Origin: Octopus sinensis | Taxonomy: Eukaryota | Direction of reading: 5' to 3' | Assembly: GCF_006345805.1 (NCBI RefSeq) | Contig: NC_042998.1 | Span: 51,336,001 to 51,400,000 of the forward strand | DNA length: 64,000 bases | Part shown: positions 39,212 to 52,639 of the stretch, piece by piece | Layout: the number at the start of each line of letters is the position of its first letter | Position numbering within the stretch: the first letter of the stretch is position 1 | Notes under the pieces: generated by a model | Database searches by the model: none | Told to the model about the DNA's origin: nothing | Seen by the model: the letters and a program-made list of their open reading frames with translations, nothing else | Translations under genes and position numbers: made by a program

Positions 39212-42200
39212 AGTAAGCACATAAATGTAAAACAAAGTGGAAAAGCATCACAAAACTGTTACTCAGAGTTTCACGTTTTTCATTCATTGGACAGTCGTGA
39301 TTAAGACAGTTGTGAAAATCTGAGTAACAGTTTTGTAATGTTTTGCAGCTTTAATAAAAAAAAGGGACACACACACACACACACAACTTAGTGATTCAGC
39401 AAAAGAGACTGACAGAGTAAATACCAGACTTAAAAATTGAAAAAAGTAAGTACTAGGGCCAATTTGTTCAACTAAAATTCTTAAAAGGCAGTACCCCAGC
39501 ATGGTCACAGTTTAATGACTGAAACAAGTAAAACATAAAAGATAAAAGATAAAATGTCGATATGAAGAACTTTTTTCTTCTAAATTCTAGAGGCAGTAGA
39601 TTCAGTGGGTGAGAAATCTGAAAATATTCATTTGCTATATAAGGGTGGGTGGATAACTCCTTTATTTCCTTCAAAGTTATTAGTAAACTATTTTTCTATT
39701 TCCTATGATAATATTCTAAATATCCTCAATATGAATTTGGCAAACAAATCATGTTTTCTATTTATGTAAGTACAGTACTATATTCTCTAAAGCAGCAACC
39801 ATAATCGTTTCAGACAAGCCAATTGGAAACTTACTATAATATTTTATGTTCAATCAATATTGCTCTCTAGAGGAAATGAAAAAGTTAATTGCTCAATAAA
39901 TTCTTCAGTGACCTATAATGGAATCCAAGTCTATTTGGAACAGTCTTGAAATTTATTTAGTACTTGACATAATTATTGAAATTAATTATTTAAAAAAATA
40001 TATATCTTTAAAACCCACTTTATTTTATAATTAGTTTATACTAATATGAGGTTAGGTTAGCATTGAGCTAGGATGTATATTGAATTACTCTCTCTTGATC
40101 ACACATGGTGTTGAATGTTTTTTTTAATGTATGATCAACAATACCTCTGTGTAATAAGGGATCAGTCATTTTGAAAACATACAAATCATTATTCCTTTCA
40201 AGTAAGCATTGCCATTCACCTCTTTTTTTTTCTTTTTTCTTTTTTTGAAACAATTATCATTTCACAAAATATTATTCTAACTCTACACACAGCCTTAACC
40301 TAATTAGAATTGCCACAATAACACGAAAAATATAGTTTATTTTTGATCAGTTTTGATCCTTTACTGAATCCAAACATGCTCCCCAAATAGATTACTTAAT
40401 CATTGTCTTTGATGGAGCAGACCATTCCCCACTGATTGTGCACTTTTTATCTAATCAGAAAATAGAGAAAAGAAGTAAAATTGCAAAGTTTTCAGAAGTT
40501 AAAAATTGGTGTATTTTCAGAACACACGAAAATCTCCTTATGAACTTGCCTGTTTACATAGGTTTCATTCGTCTCTTGTTTTGGGGATTGGAAGGTTGCT
40601 GTTAGATTGTACCATTACAGCATGCACTGAAGGCCTTTCCTCTAACCTTCTCTAACAATTCTAGTGTTTTTCTAACTCTTCTACACATTAACAATCTACT
40701 TGCAGCCACATATAACAAAGCACTGTCTTAGTTGTAAAGTAAAGATCCCTTTCAGTTATGAATGACTCTGGGATTGCACCTAGAAAGTTATCCTTCGAGG
40801 CACAAGTCAAGGCAAGATTGTTTATGGAAGACCAGCAGTAGCCCATGCATACCAGCTTACCCTCTCCATGCCAGTGATGTTATCCAAGAGAAAGGCAAAG
40901 ACCAATACAGCTTGGCACCAGTGATGTCGCAACTCATTTCTACAGCTGAATGAACTGGAGCAACGTGAAGTGAAGTGACTTGCTCGAGAACACAACACAC
41001 AGCCCGGTCTGGGAATTGAAATCACTACCTCATGATTGTGAGCCTGACACTCTAACCACTGAGCCATGTGCCTTCACTTACTTGTATACTACTGCCATCC
41101 TGTCTTATACAGATGGCTCCACTCTTTACTGACTCCTAATCTTCAGCACACAGATGTTTGTTATTCATATGCAACACAGACACCTCATGGCCATCCTGCA
41201 CTACTTCCATGAACAGGGAGCTGGAAGACATTCTCTAATCAGGCTTTATCAATCTAATCTCTTTCAACACCATAGCACAAAGACACAATCACTGCTCATA
41301 TCTATGCTATAAAACCCCTAAGTCACTACAAATACTAAGACTCACAGTTTCTGATGATCTGTCTTAGCGTTTATGTTTGTTCCACCTAATAAATGATACA
41401 GCTGCAAATACCTCCCCAAATCTAGTTTGTATTTTTTCCATGGCCAGAAAATACTTCCAGTTCAATCAATTCTGGCCCTCTACAAATTTCAACAATAATC
41501 TACATTAGAACGATGCTCCCACAACTGAGATAGTACTGCTGTTACATACAAAACATTCAAGACTACATCCAAAACACCATCTGACTGATTAAGTATTTAC
41601 TCACTAATACCCCTACAACTTCTAGCCATGAGATATGCTGTCTTCTCTCTCAGCTTATTTTACAGCTACTACCAATAGTAAATGGTCTCAGATTTTCCGA
41701 ACTTGATATTTGCATACTACTCCTATCCTGTCACAAACTTTAGGCTTCACAGAGGTAATGTTTTTTGTTCCTTCTTGAGCCATGCCTGGCTCATAAGGGC
41801 CAGTTTCCCGGTTTCCTTGGCATATAGATTCCCCACCTGGATGGGACACCGGTCTGTCACAGGTGAGCTGCAAGATGCAGGAGGAAAGAGTAAGAGAAAG
41901 TTGTGGCGAAAGAGTCAACAGAAGTTCGCCATTACCTTCTGCCGGAGCCGCGTGGAGCTTAGGTGTTTCGCTCATAAACACACACATCACCCAGTCTGAG
42001 ACTTGAACCCACGATCCCTCGACCACTGCTCTAACCACTAGGCCATATTCCTCCACTACAGAGGTAATGACTGGTGGCTGAGACCTTTGGTGATATGCTG
42101 TGCTTGAGAAGACCTCAAGAAGTGAAATTGTAGTCATGGACAATGCTGGTGTCACATAACTGGCACCCATGCCAGAGGCATGCAAAAGCACCTTTTGAGT

Positions 42201-42563
42201 GTCAGGCCTCATGGAGGCAAAGTGGTCAATGCCAGTCACATGTGAAAAGCACCATTTGAGAGTTGGGCCTCATGGAGGCAATGATGAATGACCAAGACCT
42301 TTGGCATTGTGTTGTGCTTCAGAAGAAAACCCATCAAGCCAAGTAAAATCGCAGTTGTGGCAGATACTGGTGTCATGGCAAATGACATGTAAAAGCACCC
42401 ATTACACTCTCAGAGTGGTTGGCATTAGGAAGGGCATCCAGCCATAGAAACCATGCCAAATTAGATTGGAATCTGGTGCAGCCTTCCAGCTTGCCAGCCC
42501 TGGTCAAACCATCCAAACCATGCCCGCATGGACAATGGATATTAAATGATGATGATGATGATA

Positions 42564-42636
<73 letters not shown>

Positions 42637-42639
42637 CTT

Positions 42640-42860
42640 TCTCTTACTCTGTCTCACAACCCAGGTCTTGTACTAAGCACTTCATCCAATTTTTCTTCAT
42701 CAAAACATCAACCCTCTGAAATATCCTCCACGACATCGAATTTCCTGCAGATGTTAAATTACTCTTGTTCGAGCTGACCATAAACCACACGAATCTCATC
42801 AGTCCTGAATCATCTGAAGGCCTTAGGCACAGCTCTTTCTTATCAACTAAGCCGCTGAAA
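42640..42860 (+). mobile_element. Possible decayed RT fragment (RTE-like)
   Basis: SSKHQPS / ILHDIEFPADVKLL resembles the RSRRHPA..LTDLDFADDIALL block of RTE-like RTs. Confidence 0.4.
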
Positions 42861-43534
42861 AAATTGTACACAGGCGTGCTTCTAGCAATGAAAGACAGGA
42901 ATGAACTGCTTCATGTGACATTTAGTAAAAACAAAAACAAAAACAAAACAGTGAGAAGAAAAGACAATGAGTATATTCCGTAGAAACTGGAGTGTAGCCA
43001 GCAGATTCTAAATAACAAAGCAACAACAGAGGATATAGAAAGGTGATTCAGCTAAATGGTGATTGACTTGGAATTGAAGGTTTGCAGTAAAAGAAAAGGT
43101 GTATTGATCAGAGGTTTGTTTTCTTCTGAAAACAGTAGAAGAAGCCAATAATTGAAGGAAGTGTATCATCATATTGAAAAACATATATATTAAGTTAGAA
43201 GCTGTTCGGGACAAAAGTGCATTTTGATTCTAAATAGAAAGCCAAATTTTCCTGATTCAGCTTTAGTAATATTGAGAAAATGACGTTTCCAAGACCAATT
43301 ATTGCAAAGTAGCATTTTTTTTAGCTTGATTAAAGGTGACTAGTAAGTTCAGAGACTGAATGTTTTTAAGACTTGACAGGATCATCCACTCTCTCTCTCT
43401 CTCTTGCTAAATATGCATTCTTTGTGCTATGTTCCAACTAAATATTACTAGCACACCTGTATTCAGTGACTCTCCATGAAGTTATTTGACTTGCTAGAAA
43501 TATCAGCTAAATCTCTCAAATTAGATAATGTATT

Positions 43535-43569
<35 letters not shown>

Positions 43570-44619
43570 TCATCATCATCATCATCATCACTTAGCGTCC
43601 GTTTTCCATGCTAGCATGGGTTGGACGGTTCAACTGAGGTCTGTGAAGCCAGAAGGCTGCATCAGGCCCAGTCTGATCTGGCAGTGTTTCTACAGCTGGA
43701 TGCCCTTCCTAACGCCAACCACTCCGTGAGTGTAGTGGGTGCTTTTTACATGCCACCCACACAGGAGCCAGACGGAGCTTGCAAATGGCCATGAACGGAT
43801 GGGGCTTTTACATGCCACCGGCACGGGGGCCAGGCGAGGCTGGCAACGGACACAAACGGATGGTGCTTTTAGGCTGGCAACGGACACGAATGGATGGTGC
43901 TTTTACGTGCCACCGGCATGGAGGCCAGTCGGGGCGGCACTGGCAACAGCCACGAACGGATGGTGCTTTTTACGTGCCACCGGCACGGGGGCCAGATAAA
44001 TGATGCCTGGAAAAAGAAAGACAGATGGCTCTGATTGGGTCTCTTGTGAGCCTTAGGATTGATAAGGTTGGAGGTTGGAGCTTAACCCAGTTTTTATAGC
44101 ATATAAGGGACTGATATTACAATACTCTCTTCTGAATGGGACATCAGTCTGTTGCAGGGTTAATTTACCCACCATTGCTGGAACCTATTTACTTAGGGCT
44201 AATTAGCAAGTAGCAACTAAGATTACCTAAAAGCAATATTTGAACTAAATAATAAATAAATGCGCCCTTTTAAAGCCTATCCAGGCTCATGAGCCCGGTT
44301 TCCCGGTTTCTATGGTGTATGTGTTCCCCAGCTGCATGGGACGCCAGTCCATCGCAGCGTTACTCATTTTTGCCAGCTGAGTGGACTGGAGCAACGTGAA
44401 ATGAACTATTTTGCTCAATGACACAACGCGTTGCCCGGTCTAGAAATTGGAACCACAATCTTACGATCATGATGCTGACACCCTAACCACTACACCATGT
44501 GCCTCCATAATATTTGAACTAGCATTATTTTAATCCTTTTCAGCAGCTACTGCTTTTACTGCTTTTCCTCTAATGCAACACAAAGATATTCTGTCTTCTG
44601 TTCCTTAATATCTAAGCTT

Positions 44620-44945
44620 CTTGGCTCTCCATTAGTTACAATGATGAGTATTCCAGCTGATCTGATCAACAGAATCGGCCAGCTCATGAAATTAACATGC
44701 AAATGGCTGAGCACTCCACAGACATGCTTATTTTTAATGTCATTCTCAGGGAGATACAAAGTGACACAAAATGTGACAAGGCTGGCCCTTTGAAATCTAG
44801 GTACTTTCCATTTTTACCAGCTGAGTAGACTGGTGCAATGTGAAATAAAGTGTCTTGGTCAAGGACACAATGTGCTGTTGGGAATCGAACCCACAACCTT
44901 CTGATCGTGAGCTAAATACCCTAACCACTCAGTCACATGCCTCCA
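44620..44945 (-). mobile_element. tRNA-derived SINE family C (CORE-like)
   Basis: Minus strand GGCATGTGACTGAGTGGTTAGGG...GGTTCGATTCCC...GTCCTTGACCAAGACACTT. Related heads at approx. 11560-11855(+), 19150-19515(-), 40740-41075(-), 41760-42055(-), 44270-44508(-), 53640-53935(-). Confidence 0.75.
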
Positions 44946-45204
44946 CTTGTACACTTTTAGTCATCGCCATCATCATCTTAATGTCCACTTTTCAATGCTT
45001 GCATGGGTCAAATGGAATTTGTTGAGGCAGATTTTCTACAACCAAATGTTCTTCCTGTTGCCAATATTCACCTGTATCTTAGCAAGGTAATATTTCTTTA
45101 TGACTGGACATGTTTTAATGGCAGTCTGGAAAATGAGGGATACTCATTTATAACTAACACATGATGTCCAGACAAGGACACAGAAGTACACACACACACA
45201 CATT

Positions 45205-45800
45205 TACAGGGTGTTCAAGATAAATTTGAGAGTTTACATAAAAGGAAAAGAAAACACATTATTCCACCCAAAAAATAAAGTATTTTAAAAGATCAAAAAA
45301 TATCAACTGGATTATGGCTGGGAGATAACAGTTTACTCAAAGTAGTAACCTTCAGCTTCCACCACAGCCTCAATACAGCTCTGGAATCTCAAACGCTTCC
45401 TTGATCTTGGCCACCAGTGTTGCAGGCAGAGTGATTGGTGTCTTACTCAATCGTGTTCTACACATAGTAAACCATGGGATTACAATCAGGGGAATTAAGA
45501 GGTCAATAATTAGGACTGATGAAGTTGTAGAAATTCTCCAACAACCACTTTTTACACTTTCTGGAGGTATGGCATGGAACCAAATCATGCTGCCACACAT
45601 ATGGCCTTCCAGCAGCAACCCACTCCAGTCACAATTTGTTACAGTCTCCAGCAGCTTCACATAACCCTCTAAATTGAGCACAAGTCCATGTTCAAAGATG
45701 TGGCACTGCATGATATCATCCTCACTAGAGACTCCCCACAAGGACCATCATAGTTTGGGTAAACTTGGTTTTCATGATATGTGGGATACATCTTACAACC
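45205..45800 (-). mobile_element. maT/DD37D-like transposase 3' fragment with terminal repeat; second copy at approx. 56380-56945
   Basis: GVSSEDDIMQCHIFEHGLVLNLEGYVKLLETV, SPDCNPM, IEAVVEAEGYYFE*. TA|CAGGGTGTTC terminus near 45206. The second copy ends LEAMAEAEGGYFK. Confidence 0.75.
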
Positions 45801-46597
45801 TCTAAATTGTACTCAGAGCATTGAGCAGCAGTACTCAGAGTATTCAGCATTAAGTAGTGGTACTCAGAGCACTGAGACTTGTGTAACAGTACTTAGAACA
45901 CTCAGTAGTCAGTATACTCAGCATTGAGCAGCAGTCATAATGTCAGCATTGTAATACACAGCATGAATCATCAAGATATAGGTATCTCTTTTCCAATATT
46001 GGTTACAAATTTTGGCACAAGGCCATCAATTTCAAGGGAGGTGCTAACCCCAGTGCTCAACTGGTACTTATTTTATGGGCCCCAAAAAGATGAAAGGAAA
46101 AGTTGACCACAGTAGCATTTGAACTCAAAATGTGAAGATGGACAAAATGCTGCTAAACATTTTGCCCAACATAATAACAATTTGGCCTGCTCACTGCCTT
46201 AATTCTTTTCCACATATTCAAATGGCTTCCAGTCCTCCATATCATCTAACTTTTTCTCAGTTACAATTTAACTTTTCATGCTCAGCAACATGTTGACTGT
46301 CCACCAATGCATGAAGCTACTCCTGCAAAAAAAAAAGACATATATAATCATCAAATTTAGCTTGAGTACCATGTATGCATGCATGCATGTATGTATGTAC
46401 ATACGTATACATGCATGCATGCATGTATGTATGCAGGTATGTATACACAGACATCCCAAAAGTAAATAGACACTCATCGTATTACCATTTTACCTATGTG
46501 GACACTACCTGGTACTTGAAACTAGTTAATGTATTATTATTTTTTTCATCTCAGATTATTGGAGAACAATCATTGATAGCAACTAGCCATACCACAA

Positions 46598-46730
46598 ATA
46601 CCAGAAGCAAAAGAATTACCTGATTTTCAAAGAGGGTGTATTGAGGGTCAATCTGAAGGTGAACTTAGCCAATATAAGATTGTACAAAATCTTGGGATTC
46701 CTCTTGATGCAGTCAACAGAGTGATTTGTA
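46598..46730 (+). mobile_element. Tc1-like transposase N-terminal HTH remnant
   Basis: [42 protein letters not shown] fits the ELSDFxRGxI.G...G.S...IA..LGI...TV.RVI pattern. Confidence 0.6.
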
Positions 46731-47939
46731 CAATTTCAGAAATGATAGTGTTTATTTACTTTTGAGGGGACGGTGCACATGCATATGAATGTGTAAGTAA
46801 AGGAATTAACCTCTTTCAGTTTCCATCTGCCAAATCCACTCACAGGGCTTTGGTTGGCCTGGGCCTACAGTAGAACACTTGATCAAGGTGACACGAAGAG
46901 TAACTGAACACAAAACTACATGTTTGGGAAGCAAACTCATCAACAACAAAACTTAACCTTTACTTCTATAGAAATATAATACCTTGCTGTTGTTTACTCC
47001 AGAATGATTGAGCAGCAGAACTATGATTAAACGCATCCCCAATTGTGATAAATTCTCTTTTTGAATTACATATGCTCAGATATTCTTTCTTGTTTAAAAC
47101 AATTGGATGTAATTTGAGTGGGGTTTAACTGGTATTTCTATATTTCTATGAGTTCATGCCAACTGTCATCCAAGCACACTGAAGCTCTTTCTCTCTAATC
47201 TGTGAAACAAAGGCATTACTTGCAGATTTTCTGGAGCCTATTAGACAGGTGATAGACTTAATTAGATAAAGTCTGTACAGATCCTCTACAAGAATCTGCT
47301 CTTCTTCCCCTTTTCATAGTTTAACCCTTTTCTCCTAACATCAGGCTGAACAGCACCATCCCATATCCCACAGGATCCATAGTCTAGCAAGCTGCATGTC
47401 AGCCTTACTAGTGCTGGTGGCATAGAGAAAAAGCACCCGGTACACACAGTAAAGTGGTAGGTGCTTGGAAGAACATTCAGCAATAGAAACCAATCCAAAG
47501 TAGGCACTGAAGCACAATGCAGCTCTTGGACTCATTGGATCCTTCAAACTGTTCAATCCATGCAAGCTTGGAACATGTATATTATTAAATGATGAAGATG
47601 ATGGCAATGGTGGTGGTAGAGGAGGAGGCGGCGGGGAGGGGTGTGGCGGAGGGGATGATGATGATGAGGAGGAGGAGGAGGAGGAGATGTCTGTTAATAC
47701 AGAGAATACATCAGTATGTTGCTCTCAGAAGAGTGAACTTCTGAGTGTGAAAGATTGATGGAAAGTGTTTAGAATATGAAAGAGGTGAGGGTTTGGGATG
47801 TAGATGAAATAAGAGGAGAGACAACTGCACTGATTGATTTTAAGTTGAGACAGTTAAAGTGACGTCAGAAGTGCAGTGATTGAAAACAAGAAAGAATGCA
47901 ACTTGTCAGTATGCTAGTGGTTGAAAAATGTGTACCATA

Positions 47940-48770
47940 TTTTCTAACATATAAATCAAAATTTTCAGACCTAAAAATTTACTTTGGAGAACTGGAAATT
48001 CCATGTGAAATGCAGCAGGATTTGGAAAGATAATGACAATGTTTAAATGTTTACACTACATGTTATCACTATATACTAAATCAATGTTTATTCTGGAAAA
48101 TATGGTATACCTGTTTGAAGAGGTGAATACAAGATGAGAATTTACAGAATTTATATCTACACTCATGATTATATATACAAGACTATATATATCTGCACCC
48201 AAGATTATGTACACAAGACTATATACCTCTCCAAAGACAATATGCACAAGACTATATATCTTATTTTCCAGCATATAAATCAAATTTTTCAGATCAAAAT
48301 TTACACCCCTCAAAATTAAGTTGACTTCTACACTGAAATGACTTTGGAGAACGAAAAATTCCATGTGAAATAAAGCAAGATTTGGAAAGATAGTGGCAAT
48401 GTTTGAATGCTTACACTACATGTTTACACTATATACTATGTCAATGTGCATTCTGGAAAATATGGTATACCTGTTTGAAGAGGTGAATTCAAGATGAGAT
48501 TTACAGAAGTTATATATACCCTCATGACTATATACACAAGACTAGATATCTGTTCCCAAGATTATATACCTCTACTGAAGACAATATATACAAGACAATA
48601 TACCTTATTTTCCAGCATACAAGTCGAATTTTTCTGACCAAAATTTACAGCTAAACACCAAGACAGTTTTGGAAGATGAAAAATTCCATGTGAAATGCAG
48701 CAGGATTTGGAAAGATAGGAAAGATGTTTGAATGTTTACAATACATGTTCGCACTATATGTTACATCAGC
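47940..48770. repeat. Diverged tandem repeat, ~325-360-bp unit, about 2.5 copies
   Basis: CCATGTGAAAT...GATTTGGAAAGATA at 48001, 48361 and 48686. Internal sub-repeat (A)CAAGACTATATA. Confidence 0.85.
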
Positions 48771-49181
48771 TTGTATACAATATGGGTAGGTTAGATGAGT
48801 GGAGCGTCCAGTTTGTATGACCATTACTGTAGCATAATGATATCTCTATGATGCACCAGTACATAATTGCCATAAGATAAAGCTTGTTGCACAGTAAAAA
48901 TAAAATTATATTTCAAAACTGTGAGAAAATACCGACTGAAATTCTAAAAATAAATTTTTGAAAATTACGATTGATTTGTTGAATAAAGAAGTAATTTGTT
49001 AATGTTCAATATTTTATAGTATTTATATTTATAGGCTGCAATACATAAACACCATTTTTATTCCATCCTTGTATTGACTTCATGCTTGAAGTGAGCCAAA
49101 ATATATTTATTTGCTCTATGGTGGCCTGTGTGTGGAAGGTGCTGGGAAACCAATAAGTTGGTATCAAATATTTGTGTTTAA

Positions 49182-49403
49182 CCCTTTAGCATTTAAACTG
49201 GTCATCTCCAGCTGAAACGTTCATCTTGTTTTATGTTCAGACTGGCCAGATCTGGCTTCTCGCACCTACCCAACAATTGTCATTCTAAACATAAACAGTC
49301 ATGTCAATGAAATATGAAAGCTACAAGATAATGCAGGATGAATTCAAAATCAATGTGAATAACTAAGCATTACATTTGACAGAATAATCTGAATGCTAAA
49401 GGG
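49182..49403. mobile_element. piggyBac-type MITE
   Basis: TTAA target duplication at 49178-49181 and 49404-49407. TIRs CCCTTTAGCATT / AATGCTAAAGGG. Confidence 0.8.
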
Positions 49404-50149
49404 TTAAGGATAAGCAGCAGTTCAGTACATTCACACGCACACTTGCATGCACAGGCATACATATACACACACTATTTTAAAGAGAAGACACAAATTTGGG
49501 GAAGAAATTTGCCCACTTGCAGTATTCTTTCTTAAAAAATCATTACCAATTCTTTGATATGGTTCTTGGCTAACAACTTGCATAAGGCGGTGAGCTGGCA
49601 GAAACGTTAGCATGCCAGACAAAGTGCTTAGCAGTATTTTGTCTGCCGCCACGTTCTGAGTCCAAATACCGCCGAGGTCGACTTTGCCTTTCATCCTTTT
49701 GGGGTCGATTAAATAAGTACCAGTTACGCACTGGGGTCGATGTAATCGACTTAATCCGTTTGTCCTCTCTGTGTTTAGCCCCTTGTGGGTAGTAAAGAAA
49801 TAGGTATTTCATCTGTCACTAGGTTCTGAGTTCAAATTCCGCCAAGGTTGACTTTGCCTTTCATTCTTTCGGGGGTCGATAAATTAAGTACCAGTTACAA
49901 ACTGGGGTCGATGTAATCAACTTAATCTCTTTGTCTGTCCTTGTTTGTCCCCTCTATGTTTAGCTCCTTGTGGGCAATAAAGAAATAAGAACTTGCAGAT
50001 GCATAACAGATGCTAGCAAGCTTATGGGGTCAGCAGGAGAGAATGTGTGCCATTTTGGGGCCTTTCCCTCGATAGTATTATTGCACACCAGCTCCCTCAC
50101 TGAGAAGAAGCCCTGCTTACTTGATCAACTGGTTACTAGGTTTCACTCA

Positions 50150-50410
50150 ATATTCTTCTAGCCATTGTTCATCATCTCTTTTTAACCAAATCCAGTGACT
50201 TACCATCTCCACTGTAGTCTAGATATCACTGATGATGGTATTTGCTTTATGATGAGTTAGTCCTACTAACAATAACAATACTCTCACATCATGTCTGATG
50301 AATCCTTCACATCCAACTTTATTTAGATGCTCTGCTTTCCAGCCTGCATCTCCCTTGAGATTTTTATAACAGTCAATTTTTCGAGTCTGTGCAGCATAAA
50401 ATCTCTAAAT
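50150..50410 (-). mobile_element. RLE non-LTR retrotransposon C-terminus (HERO-like)
   Basis: AQTRKIDCYKNL..AGWKA....VGCEGFI...EMVSHWIWLKR fits the KxxxY..GW..EVGCRGF..S.WIW.KR pattern. Contains an internal stop. Confidence 0.65.
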
Positions 50411-52639
50411 GTATTGTAGAAATGGTGAAAAAATTCTTCATGCATTTAAAATGATCTATCACCAGTTAATGGGGATTCTAATTGAAATGTTATCAATTTC
50501 AAGAACTAGACAAGAAAAAAGCTTTCAAATTTTTTTTTTTAAGGAAGCAAAAGTATGACTACCCTATAAAATAACAATCTTTTTCAATTTAGGGAGAAGG
50601 CTATAAATTCTATGGAAAAGTTAAGCCAATTAAATTGAAACTTTGGTGCTTAATTGGTATTTATTTCAACAACCTCAGAGGGTAGAAATAAAAATTTTAA
50701 ATTTTCAAATTTGGGCACAAAGTCAGCAATTTTGGGGAGAGGCTAAGTTGATTATACCAACCCCAGTGTTTGACTGGTACTTATTTTGTCGACCCTGAAA
50801 GGATGTAAAGTAAAGTTGATCTCAGCAGAGTTTGAACTCAGAATATATAAAGACAGAGTCACATGACAATTTGCTGGGGCTGCCTGCTGGAGCCTAGCAG
50901 CAGGTATTTAAAGGGAAATTTGACAAGACAGTCAGTCGCCCACTGACACTCGTTGATGCTATATTGAAGAGGCCAGGGAACAGAAGAAAGAAGACATGCA
51001 CCCAACACCAGAGCTGAAGACACCACAAAAGTGGTGGGGCCCGCCACATCAAAACGGTAGAGGAATAGGAGCCGAAACCAGACGTGGTTCCTTCAGATGA
51101 TGTCTTGAGTTAACTGGATCCTATAAAGGAGCTGTTGTGGTAGCAGACCAAGAAACACGGTTGAAATTCCGAAAGACAGCATTTTGTTCGGCATGCTAAC
51201 AATTCTGCCAGCTCACTGCTTTTTTTAAACTTAGAATAGGTCACATTGATTCTGCACCCCCACCAATGGACCAAACTACCTCTCACCATGCTCTACACCT
51301 ACTTATCTCCCCACTCCACTTCTGCAGCCTACCTCACCATATCCTCTTTCCCTCCCTCTTGTTCTTCTCCTTTCAGTTGTATCATTACTGTCCTGTCACT
51401 CTCCCCAACCAATCCCTATTGCATCCCCTTCTCTTCCCTAACATATGACCCATCAGTCATCACACTTCAACCCTACACAACTTTTATCTTTTTTTACAGT
51501 TGCAGGCTGTCTTCTCATCTCCTCATCTTCACTTATCTTGCAAAACCCAACCCACCCATATCTACCCACCTTGGACCTTGAGGGGTAACCTGAACATCTC
51601 ATCTCTAATATCTATCTCTTTACAGTTCCAACTGATCATTCTTCTCACTCCACTACTAACTGTGAGAAATCATACAGCCCTTCTACAACACCATGTACTA
51701 CCTACCTATTTCTTTACTACCCACAAGGAGCAAAACACAGAGAGGACAAACAAGGACAGTCAAACGGATTAAGTCAATTTTATCCCCCCCCCCCAGTGCG
51801 TAACTGGTACTTGTTTAATCGACCCTGAAAGGATGAAAGGCAAAGTCGACCTTGGCGGAATTTGAACTCAGAACATAGCTTGTACTACCTACCACTTTTC
51901 TCTTCTCTCATACTTTAACCTCTCATCCCCTTGCATAAAGCTGATCCACCTCCCTCAAGGTCTGTAGTCTTGCAAGCTGCGTAATGACCCCAATAGTGCT
52001 GGTGATGCAAAAAAAAAAAGGCACTTGGTACACTCCGTAAAGTGATTGGCATTAGGAAAAGCACTTGGTACTCTCCAAAAAGTGATTGGCATTAGGAAGG
52101 GCATCCAGCAATAGAAACCCTGCTAAAGCAGACACTGGGGCTTGATGTAGACTTTGATCCATCAGATCCTGTCAACCCATCCAACCAATATCAGCATGGA
52201 CATTAAATTATGATGATAATGATGGAGGGGGAGATGGAGGAGAGAGAGGGAGGAAAGGAGGAAGAAGAAGAAGGCGGTAGCGGTGGTTATTATTATTATT
52301 ATTATTAATCAAACCAAGGCACATAAGAAAACCATCCGAACGTGGGCATAGCCAGTACCGCATCGACTGGCCTCTGTGCTGTGGGCACGTAACAAACACC
52401 ATCCGATCGTGGCTGTTCGCCAGCCTCGTCTGGCACCTGTGTCGGTGGCACATAAAAACACCCACTACACTCTCGGAGTGGTTGGCATTAGGAAGGGCAT
52501 CCAGCTGTGTAGAAACACTGCCAAATCTGACTGGCCTGGTGCAGCCTTCGGGCTTCCCAGACCCCAGTTGAACCATCCAACCCATGCTAGCATGGAAAGC
52601 GGACATTAAACGATGATGATGATGATGATTATTATTCAA

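Noticed and set aside
41688-42239. Longest ORF in the track (183 aa)
   Set aside because: Chance read-through across an RTE tail and a SINE.
46200-46340. Strong minus-strand acceptor (T-run GCAG) suggesting an exon
   Set aside because: All frames close quickly and a homologous copy lies at about 58480-58690, so it is a dispersed repeat.
50205-50405. Minus-strand open frame with a GTAAGT donor, considered as a host exon
   Set aside because: Better explained as an RLE retrotransposon C-terminus, and it contains an in-frame stop.
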